A stretch of 64,000 nt of DNA from Octopus sinensis (lineage: Eukaryota). The stretch spans positions 38,626,001 through 38,690,000 of the forward strand of contig NC_043000.1 of the NCBI RefSeq assembly GCF_006345805.1, read 5' to 3'. How positions within the stretch are numbered: position 1 is the stretch's first letter; each line of letters starts with the position of its first letter. Position numbers and translations under genes: made by a program. The notes beneath the pieces are model-generated. The model saw nothing but the letters and a program-made list of their open reading frames with translations, was not told where the DNA came from and did no database searches. Below are positions 41,350 through 53,107 of this stretch, piece by piece.

Positions 41350-42280
41350 TTAATAAACATGTACCCCATCCATGGAGGTCGGCTCTGCATTTCATCCTTT
41401 CGGGGTCGATAAATTAAGTACCAGCTGTGCACTGGAGTCAATTCAATTGACTGGCTCCCACCCTCCAAAATTTCCTGCCTTGTGCCTAGAGTAGAAAATA
41501 ATAACAAGCAGATACTAAGTCGGCGTGCTGGCAGAAACGTTAGCACGCCGGAGGAAATGCTTACCGGTATTTCGTCTGCCGCTACGTTCTGAGTTCAAAT
41601 TCCGCCGAGGTCGACTTTGCCTTTCATCCTTTCGGGGTCGATAAATTAAGTACCAGTTACGCACTGCTGTCGATGTAATCGACTTAATACCTATGTATGT
41701 CCTTGTTTGTCCCCTCTATGTTTAGCCTCTTGTGGGTAATAAAGAAATAGGTATTTCGTCTGCCGCTACGTTCTGAGTTCAAATTCCGCCGGGGTCGACT
41801 TTGCCTTTCATCCTTTCGGGGTCGATTAAATAAGTAGCAGTTATGCACTGGTGTCGATATAATCGACTTAATCCGTTTGTCTGTCCTTGTTTGTCCTCTC
41901 TGTGTTTAGCCCCTTGTGAGTAGTAAAGAAATTGGTATTTCGTCTGTCTACCTTTCTGAGTTCAAATTCCGTCGAGGTCGACTTTGCCTTTCATCCTTTC
42001 GGAGTCGATAAATTAAGTACCAGTTGCGTACTTGGGTCGATCTAACCGACTTGTCCCTTACCTCAAAATTTCGAAATTGTGCCTAGATTAGAAAAGAAAC
42101 GTTAGCACACCGGGCGAAATGCTTAGCGGTATTTCGCCTGTTGCTAAGTTCTGAGTTCAAATTCCGTTGAGGTCGACTTCGCCTTTCTCCGGGATCGATA
42201 AATTAAGTACCAATTGCTCTAACCGACTGGCTCCCTCCCCCCAAATTTCGGGCCTTGTGTCTAGAGTTGAAAAGAATAAT
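41350..42280 (+). mobile_element. SINE family A multimeric array (about 5 units)
   Basis: Head ggcg..ctggcagaaacgttagcacgccgg, box B gagttcaaattcc, body gcctttcatcctttcggggtcgataaattaagtaccag. ~184-bp units restart at 41750 and 41934. Confidence 0.9.
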
Positions 42281-42608
42281 GAAAAAATACTAAGACATTA
42301 TTTCAAAATGAACATAGATGATTGAAGCAAGTAAAAATAAAAGGCACTTTCTTACTTGTATATCTTCCCTTTTTACGTGTGTAGCCTTGTATCTATTTCA
42401 GCCTAAACCATTTAGCCCTACTTTAGAATATTGAGTACTTCGTACACCATACATAAAAATCTCACAAAAGACCTGTTGGGATATTCAATCTTCAAGAACC
42501 TCAGTGAAAATTTTCGGCCCTGACTTTCCAGTCTTTCGTTGCGGTGCCCCAACGTGGCTGCAGTCTGATGATTGAAGCAAGTAAAAATAAAAGGTAAAGG
42601 ATACATAC

Positions 42609-42728
42609 CAACAGTTGCATTTGTTCCTTCCAAATCTTCTTGGCCTGGGCAAGTTACACTCACGTTATTGTCGGCAGGAGTACGGGACCAACGTATGTTT
42701 TCTACAATTTCTTGATTACATTGAGCAC
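42609..42728 (-). CDS. Adhesion GPCR exon: N-terminal half of HRM (hormone receptor) domain
   Basis: Acceptor ttttttttttcatcaatttctttccag, donor G|gtatgt, 120 nt, phase 1-1. Encodes GAQCNQEIVENIRWSRTPADNNVSVTCPGQEDLEGTNATV, matching the HRM pattern C..E...I.W..T......CP, with N-glycosylation sequons NVS and NAT. Confidence 0.88.
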
Positions 42729-43111
42729 CTGGAAAGAAATTGATGAAAAAAAAATTAATGAGTGATACAAGGAGAGATTGAGGAGTAGGTTCGAAAAGAG
42801 AGAGCGGGAGGATAAGAAAGAAATTGCAAACGTAATTATATCAGTGATAGTGGTGACCTTTCTCACTGTTTCGATTAATTAGGTTTCAACAAAGCAGAGC
42901 TGCACAATGAAGGAATACGGGAAAACGAATAGCGCCCTTTGGCCGTCTGTTTACATGGAGAAAGCAGAAACCATCTTGTAGTATCTTCTGCAGTCCCCTT
43001 CATCGCTTTCCCTGTCGCCACTGGAATTATGAAGAAAGTGTAAAGGCGTTGGCGCTGGTGTCTCGCTTTTCTAAACAATCCACTTGACAAATATTAATAC
43101 GTTGATCCATA

Positions 43112-43470
43112 AGGCGGCGAGCTGGCAGGAACGTTAGCACACCGGGCGAAATACTTTGCGGTATTTCGTCTGTCTTTACGTTCTGAGTTCAAATTCCGCC
43201 GAGGTCGACTTTGCCTTTCATCTTTTCGGGGTCGATTAAATAAATAGCAGTTACGCACTGGGGTCGATATAATCGACTTAATCCGTTTGTCTGTCCTTGT
43301 TTGCCATCTCTGTGTTTAGCCCCTTGTGGGTAGTAAAGAAATAGGTATTTACGTTCTGAGTTCGAATTCCACCGAAGTCGACTTTGCCTTTCATTCTTTC
43401 GGGGTCGACTTTGCTTTTCATACTTCGGGATCGATAAAATAAGTACCGTTTCAACATTGGGAGTCGATGA
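43112..43470 (+). mobile_element. SINE family A dimer with internal deletion
   Basis: Second unit at 43344. Confidence 0.85.
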
Positions 43471-44547
43471 AAGCGAATCATCCTCACCTAGTCTCTTCTT
43501 CTATCACTGCCATATAGCAGCATACCAAACTCATATCGCCCTGGTCTACTGCTAATATGGCAGAGATATAATGGCTGTAAATGGCATTTGGTATTTTTAG
43601 AAAATCCCAACAATATTTGGAAGTGAAAAATGAGATTTTGTAACAGTCATACTTTCCACTATTGCAATTATTGTAGAAAGTAAATTCGATATATAATCAC
43701 TACAATAATATTTAGATGTTCAAATGACAACTTGAAGAAATCGGAAACATAAAAGGAACTTCTAGTAAGACATAAAAGAAAAGGAGAATACACTGGATAC
43801 ACTCCTGAGGTTAGGAGTTTTATCCAATGTCGGACCAGCCAGCCATCGAAGGTTCAAGGAAGACTAGCTGCTACAAACTCAATAACAGACCAAAGTCCAA
43901 CCATAAAGCGACGACGAAACCAATGAAAAATAAATTAAGGCGGTACTCCAGCGTGAGCGTAGTCCTACTGGTGAAATCATTAAAAGGAGAAAAATCACAC
44001 ACACACACACATATTTAAAAAAATGTATCTGTGTGTGTGGGTGGGGGTGCGTGCGAGCGTGTGCATGTGCGTGTATAAGCGTGTTAGGCTGTGTGTGTGT
44101 TTGTATGTGCGTTATATGTGTGTCTCAATACGTGTGCGTGTGAGTTATGTGTGTTAAACTCTATTTAGCTATTAACAATGTAGTCTCGGATTTAGACATA
44201 GGACGTGAATTTGGAGGGCCGGGTTGTAGTTGATAGTCTCTACTACAATATTCGAAACTGCTTCTATTTTCCAACTTCGCTGAGAAGTTGTTGGTTAGGC
44301 CTTGACTAAGGAGAAGACACTTCTCCAAGATTCCACTTAGTGGAACTGAAACCGAAATCATGTGGTTACATCAAGTTCTTCTTGACTATACAGCCAAGCC
44401 AACACCGAGATACTTTTTTGCATTTATTTTTTTTCGTTTCAGCCATGCAGCTGCAGTCATGGTCATACACACACACATAAACACACATACACACCCACAC
44501 ATATAAACACACACACACACGCACATACATATATATTCTTTTATTCA

Positions 44548-45050
44548 AAGGCGGCGAGCTGGCAGAAACGTTAGAACGCCGGGCGAAATGCGTAGCCGTA
44601 TTTCGTCTGCCGTTACTTTCTGAGTTCAAATTCCGCCGAGGTCGACTTTGCCGTTCATCCTTTCAGGGTCGATAAATTAAGTACCAGTTATGCACTGGGG
44701 TCGATGTAATCGACTTAATCCTTTTGTCTGTCCTTGTTTGTCCTCTCTGTGTTTAGCCCCTTGTGGGTAGTAAAGAAATAGGTATTTCGTCTGCCACTAC
44801 GTTCTGGGTTCAAATTCTGTCGAGGTCGGCTTTGCCTTTCATCCTTTCGAGGTCGATTAAATAAGTAGCAGTTACGCACTGGAGTCGATATATTCGACTT
44901 AATCCGTTTGTCTGTCCTTGTTCGTCCTCTCTGTGTTTAGCTCCTTGTGGGTAGTAAAGAAATAGGTATTTCGTCTGCCGCTACGTTCTGAGTTCAAATA
45001 CTTTGCTTTTCATCCTTTCGGGGTCGATAAATTAAGTACCAGTTGCATAC
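44548..45050 (+). mobile_element. SINE family A trimer
   Basis: Units restart at 44781 and 44965. Confidence 0.9.
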
Positions 45051-45273
45051 TTTTTTAATTGTTTCACTCATGTGACTCCAGCCAAGCTGGAGCACCGCCT
45101 TTAATCGAACAAATAGACCCCAGGACTTATTCTTTTTAAACCTAATACTTATTTTATCGCTTTCTTTTGCTGATTCGTTAAGTTACGGGTACGTAAACAC
45201 ACCAACATCGGTTGGCAAGTGATGGTGGGGGGACAAACACAAAGACAAATATACACACGTGTGTGTGTGTGAA

Positions 45274-45307
<34 letters not shown>

Positions 45308-45452
45308 ACGACGAGCTTTTTCAGTTTACGTTTAGGGAACCCATCCCCAAGGCTTCGGTCGGACCCAGCTTACAGTAGAAGACACTTATCCAAGATGAAA
45401 CACAGTAGTATTGAACCCGGAACCATGTGTTTGGGAAGTAAGCTTCTTACCC
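45050..45452 (-). mobile_element. SINE family B copy (another partial copy at 44280-44470)
   Basis: Collinear with 13622-14040. Confidence 0.8.
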
Positions 45453-46201
45453 ATATATATATAACATCATATATATATATATATATATGTATCCAAACGA
45501 GTTAAATACCAAACCATCTAACAGAGTTTTATCATCTAAGTGGTAAACCTGAAAATTTCATCATATATTCTTGTGCAGTTTTTTTCTGGTTTGTTTCCAT
45601 GTAAATTTCAAAATATTCCAATATAAAATCACTTTGTTTGAAATATCACTTGTAATCATAATAAATATTTCTAAAACGAAATTCGTAATTGACAATTTTC
45701 TCTTATCAACAACGAGATGATTGCTGACGTCAAGTAATGAAGTAATACAAAATTTTATAACGTTAAACTCTTTCTCCGAGCATTATAATGGTTTCTTAAT
45801 AATAACCACTTAATTCGAAAGATTATCATTCAGAGAAAAAATAAATACATATACAATAATAATGGTATAAGAGATTTTCTTTATATAAACGTGTTGCAAG
45901 AATCGATGCACGGTTCAAAACATTGTCACAACCACGTGACATCTGGTTCGATCTCACAGCGCTACAACTAAGGAAAGTATTTGTGACCAATATCTGGGGA
46001 ACTGAACTCGAAGAATGGAAATTTGTGAAGACTCATCATAGATGCACACAGATGTATGTTTAGGAGTGTTTGTACGCATCTTTAGCCAACATTAATCAAT
46101 GTGCGTCTACACGCACACACTTATGTAATTAATGACAGATGCTTTAGCAACTACTATATATATATATATACGCACATAGATATATGCATATATATACACA
46201 C

Positions 46202-46285
<84 letters not shown>

Positions 46286-46299
46286 AGAATTTACAAAAA

Positions 46300-46445
46300 A
46301 AAACAGAAGATGGGTGTGTAAACAACAAACAAATGTATTAGTTTAACGCTCGGGAAGTGAGAAAGTCTTTTACGTTTCGAGCCTACGCTCTTCGATAGAA
46401 AGGAACACAGAAATAAACAGGGAGAGACAATAAAAAAGGTTTAGT
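46300..46445 (-). mobile_element. Short repeat family H2 with hammerhead-like motif (other copies 19375-19535 +; tail 580-650 -)
   Basis: Shared GAGCGTAGGCTCGAAACGTAAAAGACTTT...CCCGAGCGT and a cacctgtcttcgtcttttg-type tail next to (TA)n. Confidence 0.6.
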
Positions 46446-46509
46446 CTAAGAAAAGTTCGAAGTGTAATGAGGTGGAGACAGGATGAAACTGGATATATAT
46501 ATATATGTA

Positions 46510-46553
<44 letters not shown>

Positions 46554-46723
46554 ACTCACACACACACACACACACACATATATATAGTTCGTTTTTATAT
46601 TTGGTTTGCAAGATTCTTGATATGAATTCGATTGAACATTGGGAGGAGCATTATGCCGGTAAATAATAAACACACGCCCTGGTTCGGTCCTCCATTGTTT
46701 TTGCTAGTTAATATGTTAGTTAC

Positions 46724-46912
46724 TCCGCTAACCAATTTGTCGATCAGTCGTTTTTTACTAGTTTTTCAAACTCGTATGTAATACGCTTTCTGCAACAATG
46801 CGATGAAATAACTATTTGACAAAAAAAAAACAATTAGCTGTTTGACAAAGTGTTTAACATATGAGTTTGTAAAACTAGTGAAAACCGGCTGATCGATAAA
46901 TTGTTTACCGGA
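46724..46912. repeat. Inverted repeat, ~66-bp arms
   Basis: 46724-46789 versus 46847-46912. Confidence 0.75.
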
Positions 46913-47175
46913 AGCCAGCAAGTGTATGGGGTCATCAGGAGAGAATGTGCGCCGTTTCGGGGCCTACTTCTCGACGGCATCAATGCGCACCGGCCCCACT
47001 CACTGATATGAGGCCCCGCTTGCTAGATCAGCTGGTTATCAAATAAAGCTCAATATTCTTCTAGCCATCGCTCATCGTCTCTTTTTAACCAAATCCTGTG
47101 GCTAGTTTTCTCCACTGTAGTTTCGATATAGTTAGTAGTTAATAAAGCATCTGTCATTAATTACACTCACACACA

Positions 47176-47219
<44 letters not shown>

Positions 47220-47298
47220 ATATATATATATAAATATATATAGTAGTAGTAACAGAAAAGAGGAATTTCGGTTGTCCCCACGTGGTGGATTGTAATGC

Positions 47299-47391
47299 AT
47301 ATAAGAAAAATAAAAACGGAAAATACGCACACTTACATGGTTATTATAACCATGTAAGTGTGCGTATTTTCCGTTTTTCTTTTTCTTATAT
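47299..47391. repeat. Near-perfect 93-bp palindrome
   Basis: 46-bp arms, 1 mismatch, 1-nt spacer. Confidence 0.95.
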
Positions 47392-49760
47392 AAATATATA
47401 TATATATATATATGTCTGTGTGCGTGTATACATACACATTGATTTACATTGGGTAAAGATACACACGCACACACACACACATGTATGTATATATGTATAA
47501 TTTTGTTGTCGGTTTTGTTTAAGTTCATGTTTAGCGATCTCCAGTCGGTCGCTAACTAAACAGCAATCGTTTTATTTTTTTATTAAGCAGAGCCCTGTGT
47601 TTGTACCCGTGTGGTTTAGTTGGTGCGTTGGCTAAGTTGTCGATGCAGACAGCCAAGTGTGTGAATCTACTCACATAAAGAAACTCAGAAAGAAAATCGT
47701 TGAATTTGAAGCACCCGCAAAAACTTTGTAAAACCTAGTATTTCAGGCCATTGTGTAAATTTGTTGGTACATTGCTTAATACACTTGTGATGGTAGGTAC
47801 AAATGAGAATTTATAGGTTCAAGATTTGTAAGTTCCGCATTAATCCGCCATAAATATTCTATTTTCCCACAATTTCCGATTGTAAATTCATGTGCCCCGG
47901 GCAGTTGACGTCTGAAACAGTGCATAGCTTTTGTTTCATGTATAACAGAACAATATCAGAACTGTTATGCATGCACATATGTATGCATGTATGTATGTAT
48001 GTATGTATGTATGCATGCAAGCATGTATGTATGTATGTATGCATGCATGTATATATGCATATATGTATGTACGAATGTATGTATGTGTGTATGTATATAT
48101 ACATGTATTATGTATTATGTAAGTATGTATGTATGCGTGTATGTATGTAAGTATATATATATGCATGTATGTGTGTATGTATGTATGCATGATGTATGCG
48201 TGTATGCATGAAGGCATGTATGTATGTATGTATGCATTATTTATGCATGCATGTATGCATGTATGTATGTATATATGCATGCATGCATGTATGCATATAT
48301 ACATGTCTGTATGCATGTATGTATGTATGTATGTATGTATGTATGTATGCATGTATGTATGTATGTATGTATGTATGTATGTATGTGTGTATGTATGTAT
48401 GAACGTGTGGAGTATGCTGTTTGTATTTTAATTTACAAAAACTCAGCGGCCATCATTGCCACTTGCGCCATTGCGAACGACGGATGTTTTTGTGTTGGGA
48501 CTTGGACGGCGAGAAACAGCAGTGAAAATTTCACTTGAATCTTACCTTTAAAAAAAATAGTGAAACGAAAAACGTATTACACGAAGACTGGTGTCTGAAT
48601 ATAACACACTATTGATAACAGCACATCAGGAACGGCTTCGATTACAGGCGAATTCAAAATGTATTGATTTCAGGTTGAACGACAACAGCAACATCAGCGA
48701 ATGATTTTTTACGGTAGGCGCTATAGCAGAATCGTTAGCAGCATTTCTTCCGACCACTTTCGTTACGAGTTGAAATTACATCGAGACTGCCCTTGCTTTT
48801 CAACATTTCGAGAACCTTAAGATAAATACCATTGGTTCTGTGGGGCTGGAGATGTTAATATAATCAACACCCAAGGCGACTAGCTGGCAGAAACGTTAGC
48901 ACGCCGGGCAAAATGCTTAGGCGGTATTTCGTCTGTCTTTACGTTCTGAGTTCAAATTCCACCGAGGTCGACTTTGCCTTTCATCCTTTCGGGGTCGATA
49001 AATTAAGTACCAGTTTCCCACTGGGGTCGATGTAATCGATCTAATCCCTTTGTCTTTCCTTTTCTGTCCTCTCTATGTTTAGCCTCTTGTGGACAATAAA
49101 GAAATACGAAACGTTAGCACACCTAATTTCTTTCAGACACAGAGCGAGATAAAGAGAGACAGAGAGAGAAACAGAGAGAGACAGCTTGACGGAAAGAGCG
49201 AGAACGACGGAGAGAGAGAGAGAGATAAAGAGTAAAACAATAATGACAGAGAGAGAGAGGGGGGAAAGAAATAATGACAGAGAGAGAGCGTAAGCGAGAG
49301 GGAGAAATGAGTAGAGTAGATGGCAGTACTGATTTGGTATTTCCTTATCTGGATAAGGATGAAAGATAAAGTTCACGTCGATGTAATTTAAATTCAGAAT
49401 CATAGATCAAAGATCGTAGCCTGATAGTGTAATGACTGCGCCAAGTTTAACCGCTTCTAGCTGAATTCCATGTCCAAAAATTAATCATCGGTAACACAGT
49501 CATCATAGCATTTCTTATAGGGGTCAGATAAGTTCTAAAATAAATGCGGACCCTAAAAGAGCCTAGGCGCACAAAATGCCACCAGATGTCGCACGCTCTG
49601 CTGTATTATGCCTTTTTACAGAGCAGCATTCCATTGGAAATTTGTTGATGATTCCACAGGTGTAAGAGATTCGCTATAGTTTCCTGGGTTGCAGTTTCCA
49701 GTCACGTCTGCATTATAGACAAAACATCTTCTGTGTAATCTAACGTCACCAGCTATTTTA

Positions 49761-50499
49761 GTTAATATAAAGACTTTCACCCGGGAACAAAAAGAAAAAT
49801 AATAAATAACCAGTCTGGGGGATGTTAACAAGTGTGTGGAAAACGAATATGTAAAAAGAAAAGAATGCGCGCTGACGAGTCTGGCGGGGTGGGGAAGAGA
49901 CTTTCGGAAAATTCACAAGGTCCGAATTTTTCCGTCATAAATTCGGGAAAATGGATATATATAGATGTTTTTTTGTTGTTTTTTTTTTTTACGAAATCCC
50001 ACATTTTTGGTTCTGGAGGATCCGATTCTGAAAAAAAATTTCAAAAATCGCATTTTCAAAATTTCAACACCCACCTCTCTTCATTTCATTTTTCTGCGAA
50101 ATACGTAGAAAAGTGTGAAGATTTCGATTCTGAAAAAGATTTGTTTGTAAAATTTCAGTTTTCAACAAGAAAAATAAAAGTGAGAATATGTAAACCTTAG
50201 GCATTCAAGCAGGCTATCCACAATGAAATTTTGAAAATGCGATTTTTGAAAATTTTTTTTCAGAATCGGATCCCCCACAACCAAAAACGTGGTTTTCCGT
50301 AAAAAATTCAATATACATCCATTTTCCCCAATTCATGACGGAATAATCGGATCTTGTGAATATTCCAAAAGCCTCCTCTCTACCCCTAGAGTCGTCAGCG
50401 CGTATTTGTTTTTTCATATTCGTTCTCCACACACTTATTAACCCACCACCAGGCTGGTTAATTTTTTTCTGTTCCCGGATGAGGATCTTTATATTGACC
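49761..50499. mobile_element. Long-TIR fold-back (MITE-like) element
   Basis: Arms 49761-50066 and 50224-50499 are diverged reverse complements (e.g. gcgctgacga / tcgtcagcgc; ggatccgattctgaaaaaaa / ttttttcagaatcggatcc). Confidence 0.8.
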
Positions 50500-50810
50500 A
50501 CTATTTTTCGGTTCGGTGAATTAACATATATGTGCATAAAGGCTCACATGGTCGCGCATATAGGCATATGTATGTACATATATATATATATGTATGTGTG
50601 TGTGTGTGTGTATGTGTGTGTAGGTGTGTGTGTGTGGGTGGGTGTGTGGGTGTGTGGGTGTGTGGGTGTGTGTGGGTGTGTATATATATACACACACACA
50701 CATACACTTTATTTGTTGGTTAAGAGGACTGCCATTGGTTTCATGCCGAGAGAAATCACACAGTAGTTATGAAGACTATCACACGGGAACATAGACGAGT
50801 ACCAACTTAC

Positions 50811-50872
50811 CCATGTGGCAAGCTTGATAATTGTTGAGAGGATTTCTCTCTCCGCAAGAAACTATTGGCAGC
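50811..50872 (-). CDS. Candidate upstream exon of the adhesion GPCR
   Basis: Strong donor G|gtaagt and a pyrimidine tract ending ttgaccag. 62 nt, phase 2-1, compatible with exon 42609-42728. Reads LPIVSCGERNPLNNYQACHM(G). No domain recognised. Confidence 0.4.
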
Positions 50873-51827
50873 CTGGTCAACCCAGAAATAAAAAAGAACC
50901 AATGCGGTGCTGAATGCTCATTCTCACTGTTCGAAATTAGCATTATAAATATATATGGAGGGATAGATGGTTGGATGGAGAAATGTACTGAATTACATAC
51001 AGCAGAGAAAACGAAGTTTCAGTGAAGTGCAAGTTTAGCACGCGTTACAATCGTTTCAGTAGCACCCCTTTTCGAATCACATTACATATAAACGATTATG
51101 TGTGGTAAATTGCGTAATAGCTATCTATAGATCTGTATATATTTGTGTGTGTATATGTGTATCTATATATGTATGTTTGTATGCATTTATGTATGTGTTT
51201 TATGTTTGTATGCGTGTGCGTGAACCAGTCTTAATAGTGAAATGCGTAGGAAGTTCAAATGGACACTTAAGACTTCATACAAGTCACCTGAAGTGAATAA
51301 ATTGATGGAACAGGTCTAAAATAGTTAATATTAATCAATTATCAAAGAAGACCATAGTTTTAATGTGATATTCACATAGTTATTTCTGTGTGAATACCTG
51401 TGTGCGCATGCGTATCTCTGTGTATGTGTGTGTGTGTGAGTATTTTGCTACCTTTTTAATGAGGTTTCATATTTCCAGGGCAGCTGAAAGAGTATTTCCG
51501 ATCTGAAGAACAATATTGATTATAGAAAATCAATTTTCCTTTAATTTAAATATGATATTTAATTTATGACCAATTCCTTTGTCCAACGTTATTCAGACTC
51601 TACTAACAGAGTACAGTTATTATATATTAACATACGCGTTTATATGTAAGCGTTTGCAGATTACGGACACGCTATATCTATAAGCTGCATGTACTGCTTA
51701 TCACGGTGAACATGCGTGGCTAAGTGGTTAGGTTATTTGGTTCAGGATCGAAATGGCGCGAGTTCGAGATTCCCGGCATCGCGATAAATTACATGTTAAA
51801 ATATTTCATGGAATGTGACTCGTATAT

Positions 51828-52395
51828 AATATAATATATAATGAAATTATTGTATACAGTGCTCAGATGCACCACAACTTGTCAGACAGTACATATAAAG
51901 TACATGCAGTAATGTAGAAATGTCTGGAAAGTGAACATGCTTGTGTGTGTATGGAGGGGAGAAAATCAAGTGTAGTGTTGGCGAATCTCAGGAAGCATGG
52001 AAGTTTTGAAGGATGCAGTGCTCCGACAACTAACAACCGATGCCGGCAGTTTGTTCCACGCTTCAGCAACTCTCAGCGTGAAAAAATGTTTCCTGAAGTC
52101 ATGGGAGCTGTGCTGTTTTCTTACTTTGTAAATATGTCCACGGGTGTTAGATGGGTGGAGTTTGAAGAGGTGCTCAGAGTTATTGTTTGTGCGATGGTTG
52201 ATAATTTTATGGGTGTCTGCCAAGTCAGCTGCCAGACGTCGGAGTTTCAATGTGTCCATGCCCAGAGAAGTAAGGCGTTCAGGATATGGCAAATGCCTGA
52301 TGGAGGGTATTCTTTTGGTTGCACGTCGCTGAACAGCTTCCAGACGATTGATGTTCCAGTCTGTATGAGCAGTAAATGTCACTTTGGTTCAGTAA
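51828..52395 (-). mobile_element. CR1-group LINE 3' end
   Basis: ORF 51966-52382 INRLEAVQRRATK...ERL..LGMDTLKLRR..DL...TRGH...RKHFFTLRVAEAWNKLP, plus a (TATAT)-like tail. Confidence 0.9.
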
Positions 52396-52694
52396 ACAGT
52401 CTAATGGAGGGCAAATATCAACAGTTGTGTACTTTGAGTATGATATATACATGGATATAAGGCGGCGGGCGAGAAGAAACGTTAGCACGGCGGGTCAAAT
52501 GCTTACCGATATTTCGTCTGCCGTTACGTTCTGAGTTCAAATTCCGCCAAGGTCGACTTTGCCTTTCATCCTTTCGAGGTCGATTAAATAAGTGCCAGTT
52601 ACGCACTGGGGTCGATATAATCGACTTAATCCGTTTGTTTGTCCTTGTTTGTCCCCTCTATGTTTAGCCCCTTGTGGGTAGTAAAGAAATATAT

Positions 52695-53107
52695 ATTACT
52701 CTTTTACTCTTTTACTTGTTTCAGTCATTTGACTGCGGCTATGCTGGAGCACCGCCTTTAGTCGAGCAAATCGACCCCGGGACTTATTCTTTGTAAGCCC
52801 AGTACTTATTCTATCGGTCTCTTTTGCCGAACCGCTAAGTGACGGGGACGTAAACACACCAGCATCGGTTGTCAAGCAATGCTAAGGGGACAAACACAGA
52901 CACACAAACACATACACACACACACATATATATATACATATATACGACAGGCTTCTTTCAGTTTCCGTCTACCAAATCCACTCACAAAGCATTGGTCCGC
53001 CCGGGGCTATATCAGAAGACACTTGCCCAAGATGCCACGCAGTGGGACTGAACCCGGAACCATGTGGTTGATTAGCAAGCTACTTACCACACAGCCACTC
53101 CTGCGCC
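52695..53107 (-). mobile_element. SINE family B, full length
   Basis: Near-identical to 13622-14040. Confidence 0.9.

Noticed and set aside
43507-43563. Small hairpins (also 16205-16264)
   Set aside because: Too short to interpret; probably tiny MITE remnants.
41350-45050. Regularly spaced repeats superficially like a CRISPR array
   Set aside because: The units are ~184-bp SINE multimers without unique spacers, in a eukaryotic context with no cas genes.
47780-47917. Minus-strand frame RQLPGAHEFTIGNCGKIEYLWRINAEL... as an Ig-like exon
   Set aside because: No good donor in a compatible phase.
49616-49705. DVTGNCNPGNYSES Cys-repeat-like peptide
   Set aside because: All frames reach a stop before a credible donor.
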